This document shows positions 29,901-39,152 of a stretch of DNA of 64,000 bases, piece by piece. A program made the position numbers and the translations under genes. This DNA comes from a virus. The stretch is taken from positions 1-64,000 of IMG/VR virus record IMGVR_UViG_3300030103_005573; one strand, given 5' to 3'. Positions within the stretch are counted from its first letter, which is position 1. Each line of letters opens with the position of its first letter. The notes under the pieces were generated by a model. The model did no database searches and was not told the DNA's origin. It saw nothing but the letters and a program-made list of their open reading frames with translations.

Positions 29901-32887
29901 TTTAACATCTGTTGAATTCTAAGCTCCATTCCTTGAAATCCTCTCAAGAAATCACAAAGAAAGTTAATTTTGTCTATTTTTGCACTTACAGTTTGTTGAT
30001 ATTGTTCTGCTAAAGCATCAATTTCAATATTTTTGTACCCAAGGTTTCTTATAACTCCATCTTCGAAGTTGACATTAGCGCAGTAAACCGATAGTGGTGA
30101 ACTTTTTACTACGTCCATCCTTCCAAAGTCAAGACTTTCACCAAGCATATAAAAGAAATCTGCAATATTTTCTGTTGTAAAATCAATCGTATTATAATTC
30201 TCAGGTCTTATATTAAAATTTGGTATTGATTCCTCACCAGAAACTGTCTCCACAATGTGCTGGATTAAATCATAGTCAGCATCACCATCAAGAAGTTGTT
30301 GTAACTCAATAGGGGTACACATTTTAGACACATCATTTATTAATGCTGTTAACTGTTGCAAGGTTGGTACTCGCTTTATTGTTATTGCTTCACCTTCCTC
30401 AGTTTCCTCAGTGGAAACATTATGAAGAGGTGTCTTTCTTGCTATACGAACTAAATCAACAAAGCCAATTAAATCTTCTAAATTAGCACTTCCAAATGCT
30501 AAAGAAGTTAAAGCACTACTTAAATCTGACTTAGAATTCCTTACCTTTGATTTAGGTCCGCAGCCGAATAAAGCATTAACTATATCTTTTACTACACCAG
30601 CAACTAGAGATTTAATGAAGTTCTCTATTATTGTTTCAACAGCTTTTCTATAAATGTCTGACTGTTTTACTTTTAAAGATACCATCTTGGTTTTTTTAAG
30701 CTCAACAGTTGGAGTAAACTGATCAATTGTTTTAGATGTTAAGTATTTTGCTTCTGGTGGGAGTCCTAAGGGATCTAGAAAATTATCTTCTATAAAGTCT
30801 CCTAAAACATCTAAGGAACAAAAGATTTGATCATTTATGAATTTTTCAGCCGTAACATAAAGTAAATCTTGGTTAGCTTCCGGGTCATCTGCCTCTGATG
30901 ACCTATTGTTGTAATATAATTCGGAATCTGTCAATACTCTTCTTAGGAATTCATCCTCTATCACTTCCTGCTTTAGGATCAATATTGTCTCTTTTATTAG
31001 AGATGACATTTTAGTTTTACCAGTGACTGCTTGATAGAATTTTAATGCATATTTAGCAAATTGAGCCTGGGCGGTGTTACAATCCATTGTCGATATGGCT
31101 GTAGATATTCTGAACTTTCTCTTTGATCCTGAAAATAGTTTTTCATATTCTTGTGGACTTACGGAAGTTATCTCCGATAATTTTGTAAAAAGAGTATTCC
31201 TTCTCTTGTTTGTTAGGCTAGAGGAATTGCGAGAGTTAAGTCTCTTTACCTGTGTTGGGTTTAAGTCTGGTGTTGGGTAAATATATTTTTTTACAAAATT
31301 AACAGGATCATCAATTATTGGTGAACTATCAGTTGTGTCCTTATATATTCTCTGAGCGTTTCTTAGAATAGAAAAAGTTGTTGGAGTAAATAAACTAAAA
31401 GCATTTACAATTACACTATTGTCTGGACTAAGGTAAGGATTGATACCAAACCCACTCGAATAAAATAATCCATTTACAACTATATGATCAATCTTATATC
31501 TTGATGTAAAGAATAGTTGGATCTCGTCTGTATCTTCTAAAGAAAATCTGTTATGATTTGCAAAAAGACCAAACAACTCAAAAAAGTTCTCTAGTTTACT
31601 TGCTTCTTGTTCTAAGTTTACACCCTTGATACTTTCTTCGGATATGCCTTGCTTATCTAACAAAAAACTAACCCTACGAAGTGTCTGCCTAACACTGAGT
31701 AGATACCTTAACATGTCTTGGACTGAGAAAGTCAAGCTTTGGGTTGACTTATTAGAATTACTAATAAGCTTTTTTGCCTTTTCTAAGGCAGTTAAATCAA
31801 ACTCTCTCTGTGAAGGTTCTGATGAATCAACAACTTCTCTTAATTGTGCTATCTGTTCTGATGGGATTTTAAGACAATACATCCATCTAGACCCTGGTCG
31901 TACCCCCTTGTATGTCAAAAGAGGAAAACAATCAACAGACTTTTCTCTTCTATTGACATTATTGTAAGAATCGGGTGGCACAAAATTTCTTTTTAGAAGA
32001 TTAAAATTCTGTTCAGAATTTCTTTCTGTTAATTTTAATATTTCTTTAACTGCATTCTCTACTGATGAATTATATAATTCTCTTTTAGATTCTTCTAATC
32101 TTCTCCAGATCCCGACTGCTGACTCAACGCTTTCTTTTTTGATTCTTGTTCTTAGACTATTTGCAAATGAGAAAACACTGTTGTCCACTATATCTGTTCT
32201 TTTTACATAATAGTAATTTTTATCAACAGGATTATAATATACCTTATCACCATCGCCCCCTGGCAATCCATTTTGAGTCCAATCATACAAGTCAACATTT
32301 GAATCAGAACTAATATAGACAGCCATTTCTGGCTCAAGCTCCAACTGTTCCAGACCTTGATTATCAGCATACTGAATATCCGGTAGTTCGAGTGACCTTC
32401 TTAAGTTGTTTCTATATTCTTTTGAGTGATCTGGTGCTATAGCTACTAAGTTTGCTAGATTTTGTTTAGTTTCTCCAGTCTCTGACCCATCGGAGCGGAA
32501 CTCTGGGAGATAAGTTAACTCTGTTGTATTTGATACATATTTATCAATAACATTATTTTGTTGTAAATTTTCTACAACTACCTGTAATATAGCTTTTGAT
32601 TCTTGAGCACTTATACTCTCTGGTTGTCCATTTACAAGTTTTCCATTTTGAGGGTAAAGGGCGAAATAAGCAAGGTAATCTCTTTCGGATATTACTAATT
32701 CACTGCTTATTAACCGAGTACCCACCAAAGGAAAACTGTAAAAATAAAGATACTGCTCATGAATAGCATCTAAGATGTACTTATTTTCTTGCAGATCATA
32801 CTGGTACCCCACTCCACGGCGACTGTCCGAGTCTAGTGTTTGAGCATATGGATTAATGATGTTTTTTTGTCGTTCAGTTAGTTGCAT
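26957..32887 (-). CDS. Very large, mostly helical hypothetical virion protein (1976 aa)
   Basis: Long ORF between the gp5-like genes and gp25; no recognisable motif. Confidence 0.65.
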   Translation of the reverse strand: MQLTERQKNIINPYAQTLDSDSRRGVGYQYDLQENKYILDAIHEQYLYFYSFPLVGTRLISSELVISERDYLAYFALYPQNGKLVNGQPESISAQESKAILQVVVENLQQNNVIDKYVSNTTELTYLPEFRSDGSETGETKQNLANLVAIAPDHSKEYRNNLRRSLELPDIQYADNQGLEQLELEPEMAVYISSDSNVDLYDWTQNGLPGGDGDKVYYNPVDKNYYYVKRTDIVDNSVFSFANSLRTRIKKESVESAVGIWRRLEESKRELYNSSVENAVKEILKLTERNSEQNFNLLKRNFVPPDSYNNVNRREKSVDCFPLLTYKGVRPGSRWMYCLKIPSEQIAQLREVVDSSEPSQREFDLTALEKAKKLISNSNKSTQSLTFSVQDMLRYLLSVRQTLRRVSFLLDKQGISEESIKGVNLEQEASKLENFFELFGLFANHNRFSLEDTDEIQLFFTSRYKIDHIVVNGLFYSSGFGINPYLSPDNSVIVNAFSLFTPTTFSILRNAQRIYKDTTDSSPIIDDPVNFVKKYIYPTPDLNPTQVKRLNSRNSSSLTNKRRNTLFTKLSEITSVSPQEYEKLFSGSKRKFRISTAISTMDCNTAQAQFAKYALKFYQAVTGKTKMSSLIKETILILKQEVIEDEFLRRVLTDSELYYNNRSSEADDPEANQDLLYVTAEKFINDQIFCSLDVLGDFIEDNFLDPLGLPPEAKYLTSKTIDQFTPTVELKKTKMVSLKVKQSDIYRKAVETIIENFIKSLVAGVVKDIVNALFGCGPKSKVRNSKSDLSSALTSLAFGSANLEDLIGFVDLVRIARKTPLHNVSTEETEEGEAITIKRVPTLQQLTALINDVSKMCTPIELQQLLDGDADYDLIQHIVETVSGEESIPNFNIRPENYNTIDFTTENIADFFYMLGESLDFGRMDVVKSSPLSVYCANVNFEDGVIRNLGYKNIEIDALAEQYQQTVSAKIDKINFLCDFLRGFQGMELRIQQMLNLVPDLQWYDDFLKVIAFASNAITAFFTNSLMSLFDKSEDRFIRAKGEYNLYSSKVGSELFYQIFFSLRELLINQVYSYNREIGFLTPSSWSPTRQRFRIRTSPNGEVSYEGNYQARNNEQLDEIVYYYIWSDYRANYDEYQEFLADSDPGDLPPPGTVSRIPNAPRLDIPQFLEKPQKQYEPYDASYYAIKTAPPSLEGKLKRFLTTERMRNLGATLTSQDGTRSRGDRALLTLVSSEVRKYLLAVELGSPYTGWTGASYLTLGNPSINISFFTEPNEDSLQRVCSFNPDEFNCNEVSDDIYKAGTRGTFEQINYQIFKGLESDEYNIRLDRNNNFEFLNVDGVMMPPIGSPAFRTYYNRLSIGKGPGTQVGLYSRNTKAAFLQNYTRRIDTQINDSVIAKDGPQNMSRYIQSISRFPFTQLDDECITAQDISKASIAVETIQNHMFHFFLNIMPMTTVYPHWGSVGTIKLISDYLSQKITQELSYDNMLGPFESQVGVIQKVYPRIASDEKMINNPLISDVNSPSQNFKNIIESMYISMLSNIAKNQVFSGINKSIFNEDTMQNYKEVLLDLYRTITDPQTSLRDYGIVDANMAEQTKQKVREFYTETDITELGMLVSPYFIPAAPQIASYMIYHDKGIKFSERYEDTFTRYLSTVADSYDGLLTSIKGQSVYQFTNAQTKFPTYVSTWDTNLPIRYFRTREVQIRFNTIENQYINFNTTAEGYGIFSLFDLDDITIANNEIMSYLDRVTSLSILEGNPLDRSVRIRGDIRAFAREEVDTIFRNWSAPDNQRRELTQNESIRVALLENSIQSLRMQLIIANEEQAAVLNEQLSAALTSLQTIGLKPFNFNRTIDTARQRLNSGQLTEIERSADELWVIILENDWLNKDLDPLTPQSYYSTISEYFSLWGDYTKERFEEAKRLYEEENPGQPGLPPELSGLELAGRFISHLSGIYEIAPTLSARILQEKTLLENLLITND

Positions 32888-32894
32888 AAATTAG

Positions 32895-34124
32895 TTAGTT
32901 TACATTATTAAATCTACTATCAAATCTCCAAGCACCCCATGGATTTTTTTGACTATAGTTTATTTTATGTTTGATAAAGTTTTTCTCTTGTTCTTTTAGA
33001 TTTTTTATTTCCAAAGGTAATCTTGCCATTAAGGTTTTAAGTTTTAGTTGAGATTTTCCGGTAATATCTACAAAAGTCAACATAACTGTTACCAAAAGCT
33101 CATATAAGAATGCTGTAGATGCCTGAGAGTCTGCTAATAATTCTAGTAAATTGTCCAAAACCTTTGTTAGACTATCAGCTTTAGTCATTGGTTGAAGCCC
33201 ATAATCATTGTTGCCAGCAATTATGTCTACACCCTGTACACCTAAACCAATATAGTATCCAAGTCCATTAAAAGCATCACCACTAGTAACAAGTTTTATA
33301 CCCTCGTTTCCAACAAGCCTAACAGAATCTGCTTTGATCATAATAGCAGAATTGTTTTTTCTGTACCCTACCTTACCAGCGGCAAGATTAAAATATTCTT
33401 CACTATCTATATCTTCTGCATTTTGAGTGATGTATATCCTAGCAGCATCGAGTTCAGGACTCTTGTTTGTATATACTTTATTGCCATCTTTATCGACCTC
33501 TCTTGCCAAGGGTCCCGAAAGTCCTGCTACAATATCAATACAACCATTCCTTGTTCTTGCGCCGCTGCCTGTGCCAGAATCGGGACCTCTTGGTCTGTCA
33601 CGTCCTTGGATTATAACTGTGTTGTGTTTTCCCTGGATTACATCTTCTGCTTCAGTAGCGTAATATATTGGGTTTGGTTCTAGGATCTTACTGTTAAAGA
33701 ATCCAGAAAATTCTGCTGCCACTCTTTCTGGGAAGTTTTGTGAAATATTTTCTTTACTGTCATCCATTAGTCCCGGCCTAATAGAATCAACAGTAGGCCC
33801 ATTACCAGGCGGTCTTTCTGGAATATTTGTGGTATCGTCTGGTTCTGTTTGATTTAGAATATCTAATGATTCTCTTAAATCCTTTTCATTTTCCTCAATT
33901 ACAGTCGTTAAATCGTCAAGTGCTTCTTGGGTCTGCTCATCATCTGACTGGATAAAGGATATACTTGATCTAAAAAAATCAGTGTTTGCAGCTTCCTGTT
34001 CAGATGTTATTATTATATCTCCAGTATCTGTATTAACATACCTATTAGATCCTGGCTCACTTATTAATTTAAAATTAGAGCCTTCATCTCGAAGCCTTTG
34101 TATATCTGATTCTGTTGTGCTCAT
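32895..34124 (-). CDS. Baseplate hub/spike protein, gp5 C-terminal beta-helix-like
   Basis: EDVIQGKHNTVIIQGRDRP, IDIVAG, DAARIYITQ and SAIMIKADSVRLVGNEGIKL are repetitive beta strands typical of gp5/VgrG spikes; position upstream of gp25/gp6. Confidence 0.6.
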   Translation of the reverse strand: MSTTESDIQRLRDEGSNFKLISEPGSNRYVNTDTGDIIITSEQEAANTDFFRSSISFIQSDDEQTQEALDDLTTVIEENEKDLRESLDILNQTEPDDTTNIPERPPGNGPTVDSIRPGLMDDSKENISQNFPERVAAEFSGFFNSKILEPNPIYYATEAEDVIQGKHNTVIIQGRDRPRGPDSGTGSGARTRNGCIDIVAGLSGPLAREVDKDGNKVYTNKSPELDAARIYITQNAEDIDSEEYFNLAAGKVGYRKNNSAIMIKADSVRLVGNEGIKLVTSGDAFNGLGYYIGLGVQGVDIIAGNNDYGLQPMTKADSLTKVLDNLLELLADSQASTAFLYELLVTVMLTFVDITGKSQLKLKTLMARLPLEIKNLKEQEKNFIKHKINYSQKNPWGAWRFDSRFNNVN

Positions 34125-34126
34125 TG

Positions 34127-35350
34127 TTATGTCCTACAACCAATTTTTCCATCTCTATTGACAAATTGAAATGGATAGTTTGTTATATATGCAACAACAT
34201 CTGCTCTTGTTACATACCCTCTTTGCGCACCACCAAAGACAGGGTTTTGCTTGGCAAAAATCCTATGAGCATCTGGCGAATTGCTTTTCTCAGTCCCTAA
34301 TCTATAATCATCTGGCTTATTACGGGCTCTGGGGAATAACACCAATAGATATAATTCTCCGATAGTTAGCGGGCGTCTTATACTTTTAATCCCTTTTCTT
34401 ATAAAGTAGTCTCTTGCCAAATAAACTTGTTGGGGACCGTCTAATCTTTTTATATCTAGTGGATTAAGAGAAGCTCCACGCCTTTTAAAATTTCCTGTAA
34501 TATATCTTTCACCTTTTGGTGTCTTTAATTTTCTCCATTCAAATGCTCCGCCTCTAAAAATACCTCGATTTTCATCATATTCACACTCAAGTCCATTGGT
34601 AGTGAACTGTATAAGCCCTGTAGGAAACTGTCTTCTGGTCTTGGGATTAAATGCCCTAGGGTCAATCTGTGATTCAAACTCAAATATTCTAACTAAATCT
34701 GCCTTACTAACATTTAAATCTGATGAGACTTCGTCTAGTGCTATATTAAAGCTAGAATCATTAAGTAAATTTTGTCCACGCAAATAGTTAGCTGCATCTG
34801 GTTTACATAAACTAGTTCTCTTTCTGTAACTACCGCCTCCTAGACTTGGAGCTAAATCAACAATTGAGGTCACTGTAGCAACATCAGAAGCGCTTGAAAA
34901 TTGATGTTTCTGATTGTCATACGTGAGAGCTACTACAGACCCTACTGGTATTTCTCCCTTGTCCCAGCGAGCATAAGGATATAGTTGTAAATATGGATCA
35001 CTAGCATCACCAAGCTTTGGTTCAGGGAGCCAAAAATGACGGTCATCACTGATTACTTTTATTCTTACTAGCACATAATTTGCAGTTCCGGGTTTTTCAC
35101 CCTTTGCAGCTACATCGTAATTTGTTGGATTAATTATTTCTGAACTTAATACTAAGGCATATGGGTTTGTTTTTGATAGTGTAGTATCAGGAGTATAAAA
35201 ATCCCTGATCATTTGTTTTAAAGCACCCATGGGTGATGATCTGTCTAAACCCCACTGCCGCTGCCCTATATCAACACCTAATTGATTTTCTCTTTGTACA
35301 AGATATTGCTTCTCATCGTCTGATATTTTTTTATTACTATAAATTGACAT
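34127..35350 (-). CDS. gp5-like hub N-terminal (OB-fold-like) domain fused to a lytic transglycosylase/lysozyme-like domain
   Basis: VRIKV...IPVGSVVALTY (OB-like). FESQIDPRAFNP...GLIQFT...QQVYLARDYF...LYLLVLFP has the ES..NP and GLxQ motifs of lysozyme-superfamily SLT enzymes. Confidence 0.7.
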   Translation of the reverse strand: MSIYSNKKISDDEKQYLVQRENQLGVDIGQRQWGLDRSSPMGALKQMIRDFYTPDTTLSKTNPYALVLSSEIINPTNYDVAAKGEKPGTANYVLVRIKVISDDRHFWLPEPKLGDASDPYLQLYPYARWDKGEIPVGSVVALTYDNQKHQFSSASDVATVTSIVDLAPSLGGGSYRKRTSLCKPDAANYLRGQNLLNDSSFNIALDEVSSDLNVSKADLVRIFEFESQIDPRAFNPKTRRQFPTGLIQFTTNGLECEYDENRGIFRGGAFEWRKLKTPKGERYITGNFKRRGASLNPLDIKRLDGPQQVYLARDYFIRKGIKSIRRPLTIGELYLLVLFPRARNKPDDYRLGTEKSNSPDAHRIFAKQNPVFGGAQRGYVTRADVVAYITNYPFQFVNRDGKIGCRT

Positions 35351-35351
35351 T

Positions 35352-35642
35352 CTATTCCTCCTTTAGAATGTCAAACAACTGATTTTTATCATCATCCGTA
35401 AGTCCTGCCTGATTAGAGGATTGATCCTTCTTGTAAACTAGAGTCGCTAATTTAACTAATTGTTCGTTACTTCTTTGTAGTGTTTCTACAAACTTGGCAG
35501 CAGTGGGTCCAGAGTCCGAATAACGATCGTTAGAAACGCTCATGTACTCCTTTAAATTATCTAGGAGCATTTCTGTTTCTTGCCTGTCCCTATTAATATT
35601 TTCTAGGGCTTGTTCGATTAAGGAGTTGAGATCTTTCTTCAT
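35352..35642 (-). CDS. Small helical hypothetical protein
   Basis: 96 aa, coiled-coil character; first gene after a late motif. Confidence 0.7.
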   Translation of the reverse strand: MKKDLNSLIEQALENINRDRQETEMLLDNLKEYMSVSNDRYSDSGPTAAKFVETLQRSNEQLVKLATLVYKKDQSSNQAGLTDDDKNQLFDILKEE

Positions 35643-35646
35643 ACAA

Positions 35647-35653
35647 TAAATAG
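35647..35653 (-). promoter_or_regulatory. Putative late promoter motif CTATTTA heading the baseplate operon
   Basis: TTCTATTTA-TTGT-ATG; no SD. Confidence 0.65.
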
Positions 35654-35657
35654 AATG

Positions 35658-36344
35658 TTAAGAAATTTCTCCTTCATTCCACTTCTTTTTAAAGGTTCGG
35701 TATCTTTCCCGCATTTTGTTAAGGGCGCTCACAATTTGTTTTGTATTGAGACCCGTAATCTCTCGCATATACAAATATACTGCTTTCTTATTGAAAATTT
35801 CTATTTGCTCTATGTTTTCCATTAAAGTTATAACAGCGTTAAGTACCTTCTCTTCGTTAGGTTTAAGTGTGAGGTTTTGCCAACTGTTGATTTCGCTGAG
35901 AAGTGAAAGCCAAAATTCCTTATCCTCGATATCAGTCATCAGATCGCCCTCAACTCCTGAGACTGCTTCTACCTCTCTAACCATTTCGTCATAATTAACT
36001 TCACGGCGGTTCTTCTTTGTTTGTTTTTTAGCTTTGTGCGTAAACCAATTCTTTGTTACAACCGAAAAGTAGGAGAATGCTTTTTTATTTTTAGAGGGGT
36101 CAAATTTCCCTAGAATAGTTGTAAGCCAAATTTTACAGTCATCCTTGTGGTACTCAATATTCTCAAGGGACGTAAATTTATAAGTGTAAACAATTTTATC
36201 CACAAGCTCATCAAAAGCAGGCTGTATATGTTCGACATAGAGCTTAGTTCTCATTGACAAACTGTCTGTATTACAATAATCTACTATTGCCTTTTCTGTT
36301 ATTTCTGTAAAATAATAATTATTCTTTTTCTTTTTTCTAGGCAT
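35658..36344 (-). CDS. Phage sigma factor, T4 gp55-like (late transcription)
   Basis: KFDPSKNKKAFSYFSVVTKNWF matches the sigma region-2 FDP.K...F.YF motif of gp55-like factors; C-terminal HTH-like KKAVYLYMREITGL.TKQI. Confidence 0.75.
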   Translation of the reverse strand: MPRKKKKNNYYFTEITEKAIVDYCNTDSLSMRTKLYVEHIQPAFDELVDKIVYTYKFTSLENIEYHKDDCKIWLTTILGKFDPSKNKKAFSYFSVVTKNWFTHKAKKQTKKNRREVNYDEMVREVEAVSGVEGDLMTDIEDKEFWLSLLSEINSWQNLTLKPNEEKVLNAVITLMENIEQIEIFNKKAVYLYMREITGLNTKQIVSALNKMRERYRTFKKKWNEGEIS

Positions 36345-36645
36345 TCTCAGTCTCTACTTCTTTCCTGGTAAGCTCTTCGTTGGCTTTAAGATATTCCTGA
36401 ACCTCATCAGCGAGGTTCCCTGTATGCATCAAAAGCTTTTCTAATGTGGAGTCACCATAAAAAAGTTCACGACCATAGACATCAGTTAAATGTGTTTCGT
36501 ATTCAGCAATTGACTCCAGAACAACTCTTGTATCTTCGTTTGTCATCTCTAAATAATTTAGTAGTTTTCTAGTGTACCAAACAAAAATAACATTAATAGC
36601 CATAGAAGATATCAAAGCAATTGTTAAAAGTGTTGTAGTAATCAT
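36337..36645 (-). CDS. Small membrane-anchored hypothetical protein
   Basis: N-terminal hydrophobic helix LLTIALISSMAINVIFVWY, then an acidic helical tail. Confidence 0.7.
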   Translation of the reverse strand: MITTTLLTIALISSMAINVIFVWYTRKLLNYLEMTNEDTRVVLESIAEYETHLTDVYGRELFYGDSTLEKLLMHTGNLADEVQEYLKANEELTRKEVETENA

Positions 36646-36905
36646 TTTTTCCTATAAATTTTATTAGATTGTTTTTTCTTGTAATCTTCTAACTCTTGCT
36701 TTCCCTCTTGGATTGCTTTTTCTACTTGACTTCCTGTTTTCTCTTTGGTATTATAACATTTTTTTGTTACTTGTAAAACGTTAGATAAATTTTTCTGTAA
36801 ATTCTGTGAATTACATTTAGTACAGGTTATACCCTTAGCGCTATAAGAGTGTCTTATCTTTACTTGCTTTTTACAATTTAAGCAATCATAAACGTAGAGA
36901 GGCAT
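36642..36905 (-). CDS. FmdB-family zinc-ribbon protein
   Basis: MPLYVYDCLNC...CTKC, i.e. MPxYxYxCxxC...CxxC. Confidence 0.8.
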   Translation of the reverse strand: MPLYVYDCLNCKKQVKIRHSYSAKGITCTKCNSQNLQKNLSNVLQVTKKCYNTKEKTGSQVEKAIQEGKQELEDYKKKQSNKIYRKK

Positions 36906-37069
36906 TACTCAGAGGCTGTCTTAAATGAGGGCGGATTAGTTACAACAATTTCTTCATCCTGGATCTCTAAGTTCCAGTCTGACAAAAGCTCTGTGATATC
37001 TGTTTGTTCTGTTAGGCACTTTTGTAATGTCATTAAAAGTGCGCCGACTGCTTGGTTTGAAAATTTCAT
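36905..37069 (-). CDS. Small hypothetical protein (54 aa, below the ORF-track cutoff)
   Basis: MKFSNQAVGALLMTLQKCLTEQTDITELLSDWNLEIQDEEIVVTNPPSFKTASE*; SD GGAG; TAATG overlap with the next gene; fills the gap exactly. Confidence 0.75.
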   Translation of the reverse strand: MKFSNQAVGALLMTLQKCLTEQTDITELLSDWNLEIQDEEIVVTNPPSFKTASE

Positions 37070-37070
37070 T

Positions 37071-38045
37071 TTATTTCTCCTTTATAATTTTATTAGTTAT
37101 GGAACATATCTCTAATATGTCTTTTTCTTCAAGATAGGGATCTACTGGTAGATATCCTACATTTTGCGATTTTTTATAAGATAAAAATTCTTTATAATTA
37201 ATATCTTTCTTAAACAAAGGCATCATTGACATGGGTTTAAAGCTATGACGGGCAGCATACCCACAAGAATTTAAAGTTGATACTATTTTATCTTTCACTG
37301 GTGAGAAAAAATCATATACCCACACTGCATCTCTATCTGGCATTTTAATGCTATCAGGCAAGAGGGTGTTATATATTTCCTCATTTACTCTTCTCTTATT
37401 ATGATTATCATGATAATTTAAAAGGCTGTCAATTGCTAGAGATGCTTGAGAGTTTGTCATACGATAATTAAAACCTATTTGTTTATGGTAATAATTATGA
37501 TCTTCTCCAAAAGACATGCTCTTCATATCCCTTACCACTCTTAGAAGATCAGTATCATCCGAGGCAACAATACCGCCTTCTTCAGCACAGATTATTTTGT
37601 TTCTGTAAAGAGAGAAACACCCAATATCAAAAGACCCAACAGCTTTACCATCCCAATAAGCACCCTGAGCTTCGCAAGCATCCTCAATAACTCTTAAGTT
37701 GTGTTTTTCGGCTATTTCTATTACTCGATTCATATCGACAACTCGACCATATATGTGAGTAACCATAAGAACTTTTGTATTTTCGTCTATAACTTCCTCT
37801 ACCTTATCTAGGTCAATTAATAGTCGGTCATCACAGTCAACAAATACTGGTGTAAGGCGAGCATAGTGTACAGCTAAACCAGAAGCATACATGGTAAACT
37901 CTGGAACTATTACTTTACTACCCTCTGGGAGTCTTAGTGCTTCTAACGCAACATGTAAAGCTGCTGTCCCTGTATTAACAGCGACTGCTGACTCAACACC
38001 CAAATGTTCTGCATACTTTTGTTCTAAAATCTCAAACTTTTGCAT
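37071..38045 (-). CDS. DegT/DnrJ/EryC1/StrS PLP-dependent NDP-sugar aminotransferase
   Basis: NTGTAALHVAL, PVFVD, THIYG, IEDACEAQG, FSLYRNKII..EEGG (PLP lysine) and GFNYRMT. Confidence 0.93.
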   Translation of the reverse strand: MQKFEILEQKYAEHLGVESAVAVNTGTAALHVALEALRLPEGSKVIVPEFTMYASGLAVHYARLTPVFVDCDDRLLIDLDKVEEVIDENTKVLMVTHIYGRVVDMNRVIEIAEKHNLRVIEDACEAQGAYWDGKAVGSFDIGCFSLYRNKIICAEEGGIVASDDTDLLRVVRDMKSMSFGEDHNYYHKQIGFNYRMTNSQASLAIDSLLNYHDNHNKRRVNEEIYNTLLPDSIKMPDRDAVWVYDFFSPVKDKIVSTLNSCGYAARHSFKPMSMMPLFKKDINYKEFLSYKKSQNVGYLPVDPYLEEKDILEICSITNKIIKEK

Positions 38046-38054
38046 TACAAATTC

Positions 38055-38558
38055 TCATCGTCTAATGATTTCATAATCACTACTATAACTTGGCCAGATT
38101 ATAGCACCGTTGGCAATACGGAGGAACTCTTTTTCTATAGTGTCCCAACGCCCTTCTTCTATTAGTCCGTTCTCCTCTGATTCTAAAATTCCATATTTGA
38201 CGCAAGAACAAACAATCCAATCAAAACTATTATCTTCGAATGGCAAGTCTTGTAGTGTTGATTCTACAAGTTTTATCCCAGGGTATAATTCCCTTCCATA
38301 TTCGATAAGGGCTGGTGTTTGATCTACACCGGTATATTCGTTTTTAACAAATTGAGATAACCAACCAAATCCACACCCAGCGTCAAGTAGTTTATCTTCT
38401 TCTTTGACCTCTTGATTAATTACAGATAGTCTGCTATTTATTATTCTTTTCCATTCTGTAGGTCCCGACCTATAAACAGAGTAATAGGGATCTCCAACTG
38501 ATTTTGCTTGCGCAACTCTAGTTACCCAAAACTCTTTGTTATCATATAGGTTTTTCAT
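38055..38558 (-). CDS. Class I SAM-dependent methyltransferase
   Basis: LLDAGCGFG, YTGVD and LPFEDNSFDWIV. Confidence 0.88.
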   Translation of the reverse strand: MKNLYDNKEFWVTRVAQAKSVGDPYYSVYRSGPTEWKRIINSRLSVINQEVKEEDKLLDAGCGFGWLSQFVKNEYTGVDQTPALIEYGRELYPGIKLVESTLQDLPFEDNSFDWIVCSCVKYGILESEENGLIEEGRWDTIEKEFLRIANGAIIWPSYSSDYEIIRR

Positions 38559-39142
38559 CTATTTGACCTGGTTCCTGTAAATATAAAAGTTCTATCATGT
38601 GGAAGGAATTGTATATTTAAGTTATCAATATATTCGCCATATCGATCTGATATTTGTTCTTGTGATACAAACCATCTAACATGACCAGGGTCATCAAAGA
38701 TTGGAACTGTAAATACTAAATTAACACCCTCTGGAATAGCTTGAAGAAACTCAACATCTTTATGTACATGTTCTAAAAATTCTGTGGATATTACTGTAGT
38801 ATCTTTAGGATTTGTTTCTATAAAGCTACCAACATCCATTGCTGTGATATCATTAACAAAAAATGAAGCGCTAGGTGCAGTTGCGTTTCTTTGCTGTGCT
38901 TTTTCAATAGCTACAGTGGAAAAATCGATACCGTTATATGTTCCTTCAAATCCATCACGGTACATAACTTGACACACATGCCCAGGACCACATCCAAAAT
39001 CATATATGGTGCTACCCAATGTTGACATAGCAGTATGTGCAATAGTTTCCCAAAGATTTCCTACTGGTGGGTTTGGATCATTGTATGCAACTGATGTTGC
39101 AAAAATGTCATCATAATATTTAGCTGGCTGTTCTATACCCAT
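38555..39142 (-). CDS. Class I SAM-dependent methyltransferase
   Basis: YDFGCGPG, YNGIDFS and EFLEHV. The start was moved to ATG 39142 after SD GAGG to avoid a long overlap. Confidence 0.88.
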   Translation of the reverse strand: MGIEQPAKYYDDIFATSVAYNDPNPPVGNLWETIAHTAMSTLGSTIYDFGCGPGHVCQVMYRDGFEGTYNGIDFSTVAIEKAQQRNATAPSASFFVNDITAMDVGSFIETNPKDTTVISTEFLEHVHKDVEFLQAIPEGVNLVFTVPIFDDPGHVRWFVSQEQISDRYGEYIDNLNIQFLPHDRTFIFTGTRSNR

Positions 39143-39152
39143 TTTATTACCT

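Noticed and set aside
12997-32887. Inteins, introns or DGR target repeats in the giant ORFs
   Set aside because: No C...HN intein ends with LAGLIDADG motifs, no frame interruptions, no reverse transcriptase and no adenine-variable repeat pair were seen by eye.
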